Positions 1 through 8,895 are shown, counted from the first letter of the stretch. The stretch is 29,237 nucleotides of DNA from Clostridiaceae bacterium (GCA_012799825.1 JAAZKK010000050.1:1-29237); one strand, 5' to 3'. Program-made: numbers and translations. The notes: generated by a model not told the origin, from the letters alone.

Positions 1-204
1 ATGACGTGTTCCAGAGGGAACTCAACATTTTCGGGCTCGATCACGCCTCGGAGGTTGGGAACCTTCCAATAGTCGAGGGCTTTTTTGCCGCAGATATATT
101 TTCGAAGATAAGTAGCCATGTGACAAGCTTAATGGAGTATGTGATGTTGTTTGTCGACTTCTTTCCGACAAGAGCTCCCTTTAACTGTCAATAGCTGTCA
201 AAAA

Positions 205-380
205 GGCGTGGAAATACCGGAAGGAGAGGCGGGTGATAACGTGGCAAGGCAGAAGATGACTGAGGAAGGCGGAGGATAACGAGGCAGGGCGGGAGGAGAG
301 GCGGCGGGGCAAGGCAGAGAATGACGGGCTAATGTGGCGGAATGACGGAGGAAGGTTGAGGAATGACGGAGTAAAGCGGC
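205..380. repeat. Degenerate purine-rich tandem array, about 21-bp period, about 8 units
   Basis: Head-to-tail units read directly: gatgactgaggaaggcggag / gataacgaggcagggcgggag / aatgacgggctaatgtggcgg / aatgacggaggaaggttgagg / aatgacggagtaaagcggc. The overlapping ORF 181..546(-) is low-complexity and probably spurious. Confidence 0.6.
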
Positions 381-763
381 TGATTTCCAGTTGTTTAAAA
401 TTAATTGAAAAATTGACCTCGGTGGTTAAGTGTAAAGGCAATTCTAAGGAGTAGACAGACAAAAAGGCAATAGCAACTGGAACACTCAATCTGTCTTTAA
501 CAGACAGATTAGAGGTTGCATGGCAATCAATTGAGACAACGAGCACAGTCTGCTAATCGCTCGATGAGAATGGAAGCTATACGGATAATGATGGAGATGA
601 CTGGTACCGCTTGTTATTCAGAAACGGAAGAGGATTTCCTGCTGTGTAGCAACAAAAGAGATAACAATAAATACCTATTTGTCATTTGTTGTGAGAACTG
701 TAAGAGATTGTGCACTACGAAGTCACTTAGGTTAAGTGAAAATAATATGATTACAACGCAATA

Positions 764-811
764 AACGGGACACCTTTCGGATATCCGATCTATCAAAGAC
801 GGTGTCCCGTT
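764..811 (+). terminator. Strong stem-loop with an 11-bp perfect stem, possibly an orphan intrinsic terminator
   Basis: aacgggacacc (764-774) pairs with ggtgtcccgtt (801-811). A moderately T-rich tail (atgactttttgtattg) follows on the + strand. No convincing gene lies upstream. Confidence 0.35.
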
Positions 812-849
812 ATGACTTTTTGTATTGCTTATCGACCAAAACGTTAATC

Positions 850-1042
850 AGAAAAGACAAATCTTCCTTATTGCCTCGGATCATATGCTGTGAGTAGGTA
901 TATAGATGTTCTAGCGATGCAAGTATATCTTCCCTAGTGCCTAAGATCATGTGTTGTGCGCATATGTCCGGAAGCTCAAGAGATTTGAGTTTCCCTTTTC
1001 TTGGAACCCAGATCGTGTGACCTTTGCAGTTTCTCTCATTGA
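850..1042. repeat. Three decaying copies (about 63-67 bp period) of the 3' end of the DsrE-like gene
   Basis: atcttccttattgcctcggatcatatgctgtgagtagg (861-898) matches atcttccctagtgcctaagatcatgtgttgtgcgcat (927-963) at about 76% by my hand count. A third unit sits at 990-1027, and the related in-gene sequence at 1057-1094. Confidence 0.6.
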
Positions 1043-1381
1043 CTAGAAAATGAGGACTTCATATCCTTTATTTACATAGTTTGAGACTCCGGCGTGATTA
1101 TACATGTCTGAGAGGAATTTAAGTCCTGCCTTCTCATTGTCCTCATACACGCCGAGTGTCTTTGAACACCCAAGGCAGACGCCCTGAATTGTTCCGTCCT
1201 CTTTGAGCGAAAGATACAACCTGTTCTGTTCTTCTTCCAACTCCTTTGGAAGTACACATGACATGCCTTCTAGGACAATTTTTACTTCGTGTCCTGATTC
1301 CTTCAGCTGTTTGGCATTCATAAGCGCGTGCAAAAAGCACATTTTTTTACCATCCATTGTGTAAATCAAAATTTTTTTCAT
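1043..1381 (-). CDS. DsrE/DsrF-like small cytoplasmic protein (112 aa)
   Basis: I trimmed ORF 1043..1426 to the ATG at 1381, which follows caGGAGGttcaccacc. The sequence MKKILIYTMDGKKMCFLHALMNAKQLKESGHEVKIVLEG...GVCLGCSK...GYEVLIF resembles the DsrE_2-type family as I remember it. Confidence 0.75.
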   Translation of the reverse strand: MKKILIYTMDGKKMCFLHALMNAKQLKESGHEVKIVLEGMSCVLPKELEEEQNRLYLSLKEDGTIQGVCLGCSKTLGVYEDNEKAGLKFLSDMYNHAGVSNYVNKGYEVLIF

Positions 1382-1579
1382 GGTGGTGAACCTCCTGTTT
1401 TCTCTGAAAAAACGTATTGCATTCATTTCATAATTAAAGAAATTCTAGCATAGAGTATCTAAGCTCATCGATTGCATTCGTAGCTAAAAATATAAACAAG
1501 GCTGTGAATATCAACATAACACCTCTGATTTTTTGAGTGTTGTCATAATCGACGTATTTGGAAGCACGTAAATATCTGG

Positions 1580-1935
1580 GAGACAGCAATTGGGAGCCGA
1601 AAACATGCTATTGAGAGAATACAAACAAGAGCCTGAAACCGAGAGCCCGCAACTATGAGGCAGTAAATGGGGGCCTACAAATAAGAGTTTGGAACTGAGA
1701 ACCCGCAACTAAGAGACCGCAATGGGGAGCCTGCAACTAAGACCCTACAATCGGGAGTTCGCATCCATCGCAGGGAACACGACAACGGTCAGTGCAACTA
1801 AGACCCTGCAACCAGGAGTTTGCAACTAGAAGTCTGGAACTAGCAGAAAACCCATTGTCAGCATAATATATCTTGTTCGAACGTCGTCTTCTAACTACGT
1901 GCTCTAACACCGCCCTCTAACTCTCTCCTCTCACA
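1580..1935. repeat. Degenerate short-period (about 14-15 bp) tandem array plus ctaac-type units abutting ORF 1936..2202
   Basis: The motif recurs as cccgcaactaagaga / gcctgcaactaagac / cctacaatcggga / cagtgcaactaagac / cctgcaaccagga / gtttgcaactagaa / gtctggaactagcag. From 1885 to 1935 the units ctaactacgtgct / ctaacaccgccct / ctaactctctcct lead into tcatgctttgac, which is the stop of ORF 1936..2202. Confidence 0.55.
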
Positions 1936-2202
1936 TCATGCTTTGACATCGTGCTCTGTAAAATAATTTGAGATTATTGCTTCTTCAATACACTGTAATA
2001 AGGGATGACGGAAGGATGAGTCATCATTCATGAAATTTGGCGCCCATAACATTTTAATATAGAATAAAAGAAAGACTAAGCGTTGGTTGTTGTAATATTG
2101 TAGGCTATTAGTTAAAATTCCCTCTATTTTAACCACGCCAATCAAGCAACTGATTTTTCTTATAATTAATTCCGCTTGTACATTATATTTCGTCAAGATC
2201 AT
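1936..2202 (-). CDS. Hypothetical small protein (88 aa), uncertain
   Basis: An AT-rich ORF with no recognisable motif. The only support is that a 3'-end echo array of the kind seen next to real genes abuts its stop codon. Confidence 0.25.
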   Translation of the reverse strand: MILTKYNVQAELIIRKISCLIGVVKIEGILTNSLQYYNNQRLVFLLFYIKMLWAPNFMNDDSSFRHPLLQCIEEAIISNYFTEHDVKA

Positions 2203-2699
2203 GGCGCAACTGATTTTGAGGGAAAAAGCGCGGACAGTTTTTTAAGTTTCTTAAATCTCTTGGCCGACAGGGTAACAACCATGGTCAATTTTTCGATTTA
2301 ATTTGATTTTAAATCTGCTAAAAAACAAGATAAGCAACGATTTCCTTCTTTATTTGAAAAACTGACCGGAAAGAGGTTAGACGCTGATCACTTTTTCTAC
2401 ATTAATTGATTTTTTGGACGATGAGAGATAGAGCGCTGGCAGATCTTATTAAAAATCGAATTTTTGGCCGGCAGGGGAATTTTGACCCAAAGATCCTTCT
2501 AAATTGGAGTTCTTTCGTGTTGTTGACTGATTTTATTTCTTTTAGCAAATTCAGCTCACGAATGAGTGTTAATTGGGACGCTGAAATTGCACCTTCACTT
2601 CTTGGCATCACGGAAGCTTGCATGCTGAGCTGATTATACAAGATTAGGACTGATAGTGAGAAATGTTTACAGGATGGGAACAGTGACTCTAATTAAACT

Positions 2700-3013
2700 T
2701 AGTCTAATTGGCGCACGGCAGAGAGTTGTAGTGAATATCACACGCTTCACAATTCTAGCTTATCATTTCATCGCTGATGCAGGCGTTCTTTGTTGGTGCA
2801 AGCTCTCTTTACTAATGCAGCTACTCTTGGTTGATGCAGGCACTCATTGTTTGGGCTGGTTCTCTTTGTTGGGACAGACGCTCTTTGTTGGTTCAATCAT
2901 TTTTTGCTAATGTAGGCACTCATCGCTGATGCATGCGCTCTTTGCTGGAGCAGGCGCTCTCTGTCGGTGCCGTCAGAAAAATGTCATCTGCATCAAAAAA
3001 TGACTCAAGGATT
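2700..3013. repeat. About 19-bp-period degenerate tandem array, at least 12 units, grading into the 3' end of the flavoprotein gene 3014..3658
   Basis: Consecutive units are gcaggcgttctttgttggt / gcaagctctctttactaat / gcagctactcttggttgat / gcaggcactcattgtttgg / ... / gcatgcgctctttgctgga / gcaggcgctctctgtcggt. The gene end that follows is ttagccttgttggcgcaggtacc. Confidence 0.7.
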
Positions 3014-3658
3014 TTAGCCTTGTTGGCGCAGGTACCAATTGGGTGCATTGGGATCGTGACCATGTTTCTTGAGGTTTTTCAAAACCATTGATGTCAGGAA
3101 CTTTGAAAAAATACGAGTTACGAATCTACCGGGCGGGGTTTGAGCCTGTTCATAAAGACTGTCAAGTGAAGAGCTCCCTTCTGCGATATGTCTTATAAAC
3201 TGATTGAAAGCTGGCACGACCTTCTTTCTGCTCATGTGGTTCTCTAAGGGTTTGCCGTCCAGCATGGCGCCGCCACCCAACACAAAGCCGCCCTGCCATG
3301 AAAGATGGTTTTGCTCAGCGAATAATTGGAGAGTAGTTAGCCCGTGTCGGTGCGTATGGATGTAAGGCATGCCGCCGTTGATGATGCCGTACAGTTTCTG
3401 TCCCGAGAATCCGCCACTCCGGGATGCTGTCTCCAGCAACTCAATCAGTCTAGCCGGGTAGGTATTGATGTAACACGGGCCGGATATCACGATGGTTTCT
3501 GCCTGTTTCATGGTCATTGCAAATTCTTCGAGGCTGTCCTTTTGGGGCAAAAAAACGACATCTCCACCTGTGAGATTGCGTACGCGCTCCAACAACATGG
3601 CGCTCGTCCCTTTGCGTCTGGGGCTGGCACAAAGGAGCATGATATTGTACTTATTCAT
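3014..3658 (-). CDS. Flavodoxin-like-fold NAD(P)H-dependent oxidoreductase (214 aa)
   Basis: Full ORF with RBS cgcGAAGGAGatagcccATG. The N-terminus MNKYNIMLLCASPRRKGTSAML and the segment TIVISGPCYINTYPARL are typical of FMN-reductase / flavodoxin_2-type proteins. Confidence 0.85.
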   Translation of the reverse strand: MNKYNIMLLCASPRRKGTSAMLLERVRNLTGGDVVFLPQKDSLEEFAMTMKQAETIVISGPCYINTYPARLIELLETASRSGGFSGQKLYGIINGGMPYIHTHRHGLTTLQLFAEQNHLSWQGGFVLGGGAMLDGKPLENHMSRKKVVPAFNQFIRHIAEGSSSLDSLYEQAQTPPGRFVTRIFSKFLTSMVLKNLKKHGHDPNAPNWYLRQQG

Positions 3659-3903
3659 GGGCTATCTCCTTCGCGATTTTGCAAGACATGATTTCATCAA
3701 ACCTACACGTCCTCTAAAATTTCCGATTTTTTGTCAATCTCGTATGCGCACTGTCCTTCACTTTCACAATCTCGTTAATCTTGCATGCGCGCTACTATTT
3801 TCGACTTTTTGCCAATTTTGCATGTACTCTGCTTTTTTCGAAATTTTGTCAAATTAATATGTAGACTATCTCTTTTGCTTTTTCGTCACTAGCTTTCACG
3901 GAT
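3659..3903. repeat. About 37-49-bp-period array, about 6 units, echoing the 3' end of gene 3904..4443
   Basis: The gene end is tttacacgtgggctatctcttttgcgatcgc. Echo units are ttaatatgtagactatctcttttgctttttcg (3854), tttgcatgtactctgcttttttcg (3817), cttgcatgcgcgctactattttcg (3780), ctcgtatgcgcactgtcc (3739), cctacacgtcctc (3701) and ttcatgggctatctccttcgcg (3654). The last unit carries the RBS and ATG of gene 3014..3658. Confidence 0.7.
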
Positions 3904-4443
3904 TTACACGTGGGCTATCTCTTTTGCGATCGCTTCAATCGATACATTATCTGTGCGGCTATCGAGAATAAATGCACTTCCTTCAACGTTCATGATAATC
4001 CGGTTTTCTTTATGAAGGGCGAAAAAGGCTGACCGTTCCGCTTCGCTCAGCTTGTCGCCGACGCCGACCATATAGTAGTTCATCGTCTGCCCGCTCATGC
4101 CTTTGACGAGCTCCCCATTGTTCATATAATAGCGGGGATCGCCCAACGCGCACATACGGTCCATCACCTTCTTAATATGGTGGCTGACACCGCCAAAGAT
4201 CACGGGAGAAATCAGCACAAGCGCTCGACAGGCAGCGATTTTTGGCAGAACCTTTTGCATATCATCTTGGATTACACAACGGCCATACGTTTTCCCGCTG
4301 CAACTGCTACAGGCGGTACAAGGCCTGATATCTAGTTTGTTGACAGTAAAACGAACGACATGCGTTCCCGTATGGAGCACCGCTTCCCTCAGCGTTCTGC
4401 TCCAATTCCCTACGCGATTATCTGAAATAATCACTGCCGTCAT
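3904..4443 (-). CDS. Flavodoxin-family / iron-sulfur flavoprotein-like NADPH-dependent FMN reductase (179 aa)
   Basis: Full ORF with RBS aatcAGGAGGAcagcgcATG. It has the Cys cluster CTACSSCSGKTYGRC and the segment LVLISPVIFGGVSHHIKKVMDR, both typical of Isf-like flavoproteins. Confidence 0.85.
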   Translation of the reverse strand: MTAVIISDNRVGNWSRTLREAVLHTGTHVVRFTVNKLDIRPCTACSSCSGKTYGRCVIQDDMQKVLPKIAACRALVLISPVIFGGVSHHIKKVMDRMCALGDPRYYMNNGELVKGMSGQTMNYYMVGVGDKLSEAERSAFFALHKENRIIMNVEGSAFILDSRTDNVSIEAIAKEIAHV

Positions 4444-4647
4444 GCGCTGTCCTCCTGATTAGAGAGTAATTTTGCAAAAAAGGGGTGTCAAGGCTTTTTG
4501 TCATCGCAAGGTAGCGCTGTGTGTAAAATCTTGGCAAATAATCCAAAAAATTAGTCTAAATGTCCGATAAATTCTATGTTTTCTCATTTTGTGTCGTGTT
4601 ATTTTCAGTCCTTTTTTCCTATTATGAGTTCATCGGGAGGTTAGACC

Positions 4648-5457
4648 ATGGACACAAAAAAGATTGGCACATTCCTAAAAGAATTAAGAAACGAAAATAA
4701 TTTGACGCAAGAGCAATTGGCAGAGCGCATGTATGTTTCTGGCAGAACTGTTTCTCGTTGGGAAACTGGAGCGACTTTGCCGAACATTGCGATTCTTATC
4801 GACCTTTCTGAGTTTTACAACGTTGATATAAGAGAAATCCTCGATGGCGAGAAAAAGGAACAATTTGGTAGAAAGGGTCAAATCACGGAGGAGCAGTTTT
4901 TTGAAAGAAGGAGTCAGTTTGATCGAGATGCGGAAATTGTGGAGACGCGACAAATCATGGAAAGGGAGCAAGTTGAGAGAGAGGAACAGTTTGATCAAGA
5001 TGGGCATGTCGTAGCAGATGGACAGATAGATGAAGAGGGGCAAATCGCAGAAAAAGACCGGTTTGTTCGTGATGGGCAAGTAAAGAAAGGACAGATCACA
5101 GAGAAAGGCAAGTATGTCCGAGATGAACAGATTATGGAGAAGGAGCAGTTCATGGAAAAAGAAAAGGAGAATACGATTTTGAAAGTGGCTGAATACAATC
5201 AGGAAGAAAAAAAGCGGATAATAAAGAAAGGACAGATCGGATTTATTATCTGTTTCATCTTTTCTCTTATCAAATTCACTATCGAGATCCTTGACCTTAA
5301 GAATGATGAATTTTGGTACAAGCTGGCTGATTTTGTTCGCGGCTTCATTGATGGTTTTATTTTCGTAATGATCATTGTCGGCATCCTTTACACGACAAAT
5401 CTTTTGAATAAAATTAAGAAAACAAAACAGCGCATCCTCAGAGGTCACAAAGGTTGA
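4648..5457 (+). CDS. XRE (Cro/C1)-family HTH regulator with a repetitive acidic linker and a C-terminal membrane anchor (269 aa)
   Basis: RBS GGGAGGTtagaccATG. The N-terminus LKELRNENNLTQEQLAERMYVSGRTVSRWETGATLPNIAILIDLSEFYNV is a canonical HTH_3 region. Hydrophobic segments IGFIICFIFSLI and FIFVMIIVGILY lie near the C-terminus. Confidence 0.85.
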   Translation: MDTKKIGTFLKELRNENNLTQEQLAERMYVSGRTVSRWETGATLPNIAILIDLSEFYNVDIREILDGEKKEQFGRKGQITEEQFFERRSQFDRDAEIVETRQIMEREQVEREEQFDQDGHVVADGQIDEEGQIAEKDRFVRDGQVKKGQITEKGKYVRDEQIMEKEQFMEKEKENTILKVAEYNQEEKKRIIKKGQIGFIICFIFSLIKFTIEILDLKNDEFWYKLADFVRGFIDGFIFVMIIVGILYTTNLLNKIKKTKQRILRGHKG

Positions 5458-5947
5458 ATTTTGCTAACGAATTGAGATGAAACTTGTAATCATTCTTTTA
5501 ATCTTCTTTTATGAAGTGGTTCCGCGTTTTAGTGCTTACGAAGTCGGTTTAAAGGGCGGTTCCACTTCCTAATGTTTCAGTTTTCGGTTTAAGAGGAGTT
5601 TCATTACTTGGCCCTTCCGAGTTACGTTTCTTTGTCTGACAAACTTTTGAATCGCAGGCTGTAATTCTTAGATGCGAGAAATGCTCATCCGACTACAATA
5701 TCTTTAATACAGCAGCAACTCGTTATACAGATATGAAAGACTAATGCATAGACGTACTACTGTGTTACATGCGCTACTCGTTGCTCAGTCGTAAAAGCAT
5801 TGCGGCCAATCAGTTAAGCTTGATTGGCCACAGATACGTTATGCGCTATATGTTGTTAATCGTCATATATGCTCGTGAACTCGAAGCTACGGGGCATTTT
5901 CCCGAAATGTTCCGAACATTGCATGATCGTGCTCGTGGATCTTGAGT

Positions 5948-6640
5948 TTACGGAACAAATACCCACGCGATTTCTGCGATTTTCGACCCAGATACGGTAA
6001 CCTCTACGAAGGTCAAACCGAGGTTATTATGCTCTATCGCAGGTATCATCGTGTTTAAAAATGTCTTGTAATCTACTTTGATGGGGTCAACCGACAATAT
6101 TTCATCAGGTAAATAAAACTGCGTGTTTTTCGTCGTGACAAACCATTTTGTTGGACCAACAGTGCGAATGTATCCGTATTCTTGTGTATCTTCTTCTGCT
6201 TCTTCCTGTGAGCAGCCGATATCGATCATATATGCTACGACCGCATCCATTCCAGTGAGCCATTCTACTTGGTCAAATGCGAATTCCGTCTCATATGGTT
6301 CTGTTCCTGCAGACCAGTCGGTCATATAAGCATAAAAAGTCTCGATTTTAGGAGGCTTCGTTGTTGTCGTGGTAGTTGTCGTCGTTGTGGTTGTCGTGGT
6401 TGTGGTTGTTGTCGTGGTTGTCGTATCGTCTACGCTCGTCGGAGGTATGGACGTTGCCGGAATCTCAGAGGGTTCTGTGGGCAGATCAGTGGCTTCTGTC
6501 GTCAGAGAGCTTGACTCCGGTGTGGTTTTTGAACTGGAGCCAAAGTTAAATAATTTCAGTAAATCGACGCACCCGCTTGATAAAGTTAAAGCACAGAGTA
6601 GCAAAAAAACTAACACTAATGCGATGATGTGTTTTTTCAT
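5948..6640 (-). CDS. Lipoprotein with a poly-threonine linker (230 aa)
   Basis: RBS GAGGAGGAtaaattATG. The signal peptide MKKHIIALVLVFLLLCALTLSSGC contains a lipobox (LSSGC). It is followed by a Ser/Thr/Pro-rich region, a run of more than 20 Thr, and a globular C-terminal domain of unknown family. Confidence 0.8.
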   Translation of the reverse strand: MKKHIIALVLVFLLLCALTLSSGCVDLLKLFNFGSSSKTTPESSSLTTEATDLPTEPSEIPATSIPPTSVDDTTTTTTTTTTTTTTTTTTTTTTKPPKIETFYAYMTDWSAGTEPYETEFAFDQVEWLTGMDAVVAYMIDIGCSQEEAEEDTQEYGYIRTVGPTKWFVTTKNTQFYLPDEILSVDPIKVDYKTFLNTMIPAIEHNNLGLTFVEVTVSGSKIAEIAWVFVP

Positions 6641-7159
6641 AATTTATCCTCCTCTTCGTGATAGCGCCACAAGGCAGAAATCCATTCGCTTCATTGATTC
6701 GTGTCGTCTAAGGTCAGTACGATTGGTTGTATGTCGTCAAACACCATATTTCAAGCCGCTTTCCCATGCCGTTTACGATCTGCTCGTCTGCCCGCACATG
6801 AGTACATGAGATCGGCTTTCTTACAACTTTTTCCAATTTCCAAATTAAATAGTTTTTTTTCTCAACAAAATGAAGAGAGTACAAAGAAGATCGCACTTCC
6901 CTTTTCACTTTTCAACTTCAATTTGTTCTTACTTCTATTTTAGGAGCCGTTGAATGCGCTGAACAGCTACCAATTATGGTAGGTTTGTGCAAAGAAGACA
7001 TGCCTAATCTGTGGTAAGGTCATTTTTTACGAATGATTTACAGAAGATGTATTCCAGCATTAGTGAAGGCCGGCATGAGACCGACCTTCGACATAAATAA
7101 AAATATCACAATCGGTCAGAGCGAATCTTGCGGAAAGATCGCTGACCATTTTATCCTCG

Positions 7160-7449
7160 CGTCTCCCGTGCTGATACGTTGGCTAGCCTCAATTAGACTA
7201 CGTCGGCAGATCTCAGACAAAAGTCTCAGTACATCCCTCTGAGCAGATCGCGCTTAATCGCGTTGGTCGACTTTGACTAGAGCGAGCATGAAAGGTCACT
7301 GACCCTTTCATCCCTGCGTTCTCCGTGCTGATCAGGCTTAAACGCGTTAGCCTGCTTTGATCAGAGTAAGCCGGGCAGATCGCGAGAAAATTCTCCGTAC
7401 GTCACCCAAGGCTGGTCAGGCATGAACGCGTTGACCGACTTTGATTTGA
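7160..7449. repeat. About 86-bp-period array: three decaying copies of the lyase gene 3' end (the fourth copy is the gene end itself, 7408-7495)
   Basis: U3 (7325-7407) is gtgctgatcaggcttaaacgcgttagcctgctttgatcagagtaagccgggcagatcgcgagaaaattctccgtacg. U4 is aggctggtcaggcatgaacgcgttgaccgactttgatttgatcagagcgagtcgggcaggtcgcgggaaaatttttctgcgag. Older units U2 and U1 are still recognisable. Confidence 0.75.
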
Positions 7450-8895
7450 TCAGAGCGAGTCGGGCAGGTCGCGGGAAAATTTTTCTGCGAGTCTCTCCTG
7501 CCAGTCGGACAGGGGGGCGAGTTTCCCGAGGAAAAAACGCAGGATTTTCGGTTCGTGCTCGAAGCGCAGGCCGCCGATCAAATCGCGGTTTTCAAAGAGC
7601 CACGTCACGCGGTCGATCGCGTAGTCGATCTGGCTCAGGGTGAAAACGCGGCGCGGCATCGCAAGCCGCAGGAGCTCCATCTCAGCGATCTTCTCATTCC
7701 CGTCATCATCTCTATTTTCGCTTAGTGTACCGCGCTCCATCCCCCGGATACCACCGGCAATGTAGAGAGCCGCGGCAAGTGCTGCTGCGGGATACTGTTC
7801 TTGAGGAATATGCGGAACGAAACGTGAGGCGTCGAGATGACAGCCAAGTCCGCCCGCCGGCGTCACGACCGGAATGCCGCGTTTTTCGAGTTCGTCGACC
7901 ATGTAGGCGATAAACTCAGGGCCTTGTGACGTTATGGCAAGATCGAGCGTCTCCTCAAGCCCGACGGCAATCGCCTCAATCTCGCGAACGGACATGCCGC
8001 CATACGTGAGAAATCCTTCGTTCAGCACGATCAGCTCTTTGAGCGGATTGACAAGTTCGCTCTCTCTCATGCAGATGCCGCCACCTCGCGCAAAACCGAG
8101 CTTTCTCGCAGAGAAATAAATGATGTCGCACTCGTCAGCAACAGCACGCATGATTTCTCTAAGCGAGAGATCTTTGCATTCCTCATCCTTGATTTTCAAG
8201 AAATAGAGATTGTCCTGAAGAAGTGACGCGTCCATGACAAGCGGGATATCATGCTTCCGACAAATCGCCGCTGCCTCTTTCAGATTCCCGAAGGAGAACG
8301 GTTGCCCGCCGATCAGGTTTGTCCCCGCTTCGATACGGACAAATGGCACTCGATCATTATTCTCCTCCAAAAACTTTGCTAGCGCTTTCGTGTCAAAATT
8401 GCCTTTGAACGGGTAATCACTTTGACAGTTAAGGCCTTCCGGGATAAGAAATTCGATAACCTCACCGCCACAGCGTTCGATATGTGCTCTTGACGTTGTA
8501 AAGTGATAGTTCATTGGCACAATATCACCCGGCTTCACGAGCAGATCTGCGAGAACCTTTTCACAGCCGCGACCTTGGTGGGCAGGCAAAAAGTGTTCCA
8601 TTCCGAAGATGTCTTGGACTGTTTTCTCGAGCCGGAAAAAGGACTCGCTGCCGGCGTAGGCGTCGTCTGCCCTCATCATCGCTGACTGCTGGCGATCGCT
8701 CATCGCGTTGACGCCGCTATCGGTCAACATGTCGAGAAAAATATCCTTATTGTGTAAAAGATAGAGATTGCTCGATGCTTCCTTTAGACGGGCGAGCCGT
8801 TCCTCAACCGGCAGCAGATTCAACTGCTGTACAATGCGCACCTTATGGCGCTCGAGCGGGATTTTCCTGCCGTCAAAAAAAGAGATGGTTTCCAT
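7450..8895 (-). CDS. Beta-eliminating lyase of the tryptophanase / tyrosine phenol-lyase family, with TPL-like signature residues (481 aa)
   Basis: I trimmed ORF 7450..9066 to the ATG at 8895, behind taAGGAGGAacgaacgc. Family motifs are DMLTDSGVNAMSD, the PLP-Lys context YFSARKLG, and GGMSVREIEA. The sequence has FTTS (TPL Thr124 position; tryptophanase has Asp) and LRFF (TPL Phe448; tryptophanase has His). Relative to TPL there is a C-terminal tail of about 18 aa. Confidence 0.9.
   Translation of the reverse strand: METISFFDGRKIPLERHKVRIVQQLNLLPVEERLARLKEASSNLYLLHNKDIFLDMLTDSGVNAMSDRQQSAMMRADDAYAGSESFFRLEKTVQDIFGMEHFLPAHQGRGCEKVLADLLVKPGDIVPMNYHFTTSRAHIERCGGEVIEFLIPEGLNCQSDYPFKGNFDTKALAKFLEENNDRVPFVRIEAGTNLIGGQPFSFGNLKEAAAICRKHDIPLVMDASLLQDNLYFLKIKDEECKDLSLREIMRAVADECDIIYFSARKLGFARGGGICMRESELVNPLKELIVLNEGFLTYGGMSVREIEAIAVGLEETLDLAITSQGPEFIAYMVDELEKRGIPVVTPAGGLGCHLDASRFVPHIPQEQYPAAALAAALYIAGGIRGMERGTLSENRDDDGNEKIAEMELLRLAMPRRVFTLSQIDYAIDRVTWLFENRDLIGGLRFEHEPKILRFFLGKLAPLSDWQERLAEKFSRDLPDSL

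Noticed and set aside
1-194. ORF 6..194 (+), and an alternative minus-strand ORF starting at the ATG at 119 and leaving the window (MATYLRKYICGKKALDYWKVPNL...)
   Set aside because: Both are short, neither has an SD or a recognisable motif, and I cannot decide between strands from about 120 nt at a window edge.
2402-2641. Mutually antisense ORFs 2402..2641(-) and 2406..2633(+)
   Set aside because: They have no RBS and no motifs. The region contains further degenerate repeats (cttggccgacagggt / tttggccggcagggg) and is more likely non-coding.
4684-5448. 254-aa minus-strand ORF opposite the XRE regulator
   Set aside because: It is a low-complexity antisense shadow. The + strand has a canonical HTH domain and RBS.
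6269-6809. ORFs 6269..6514 and 6369..6809 (the latter poly-Val)
   Set aside because: These are antisense readings of the poly-Thr lipoprotein gene, which has the signal peptide, lipobox and RBS.
7160-7495. Diversity-generating retroelement (template repeat / variable repeat) as the explanation for 3'-end echoes here and at 22866-23066
   Set aside because: There is no reverse transcriptase or accessory gene in the window. Substitutions between copies are of all types rather than adenine-specific. There are several copies in tandem rather than one TR/VR pair.
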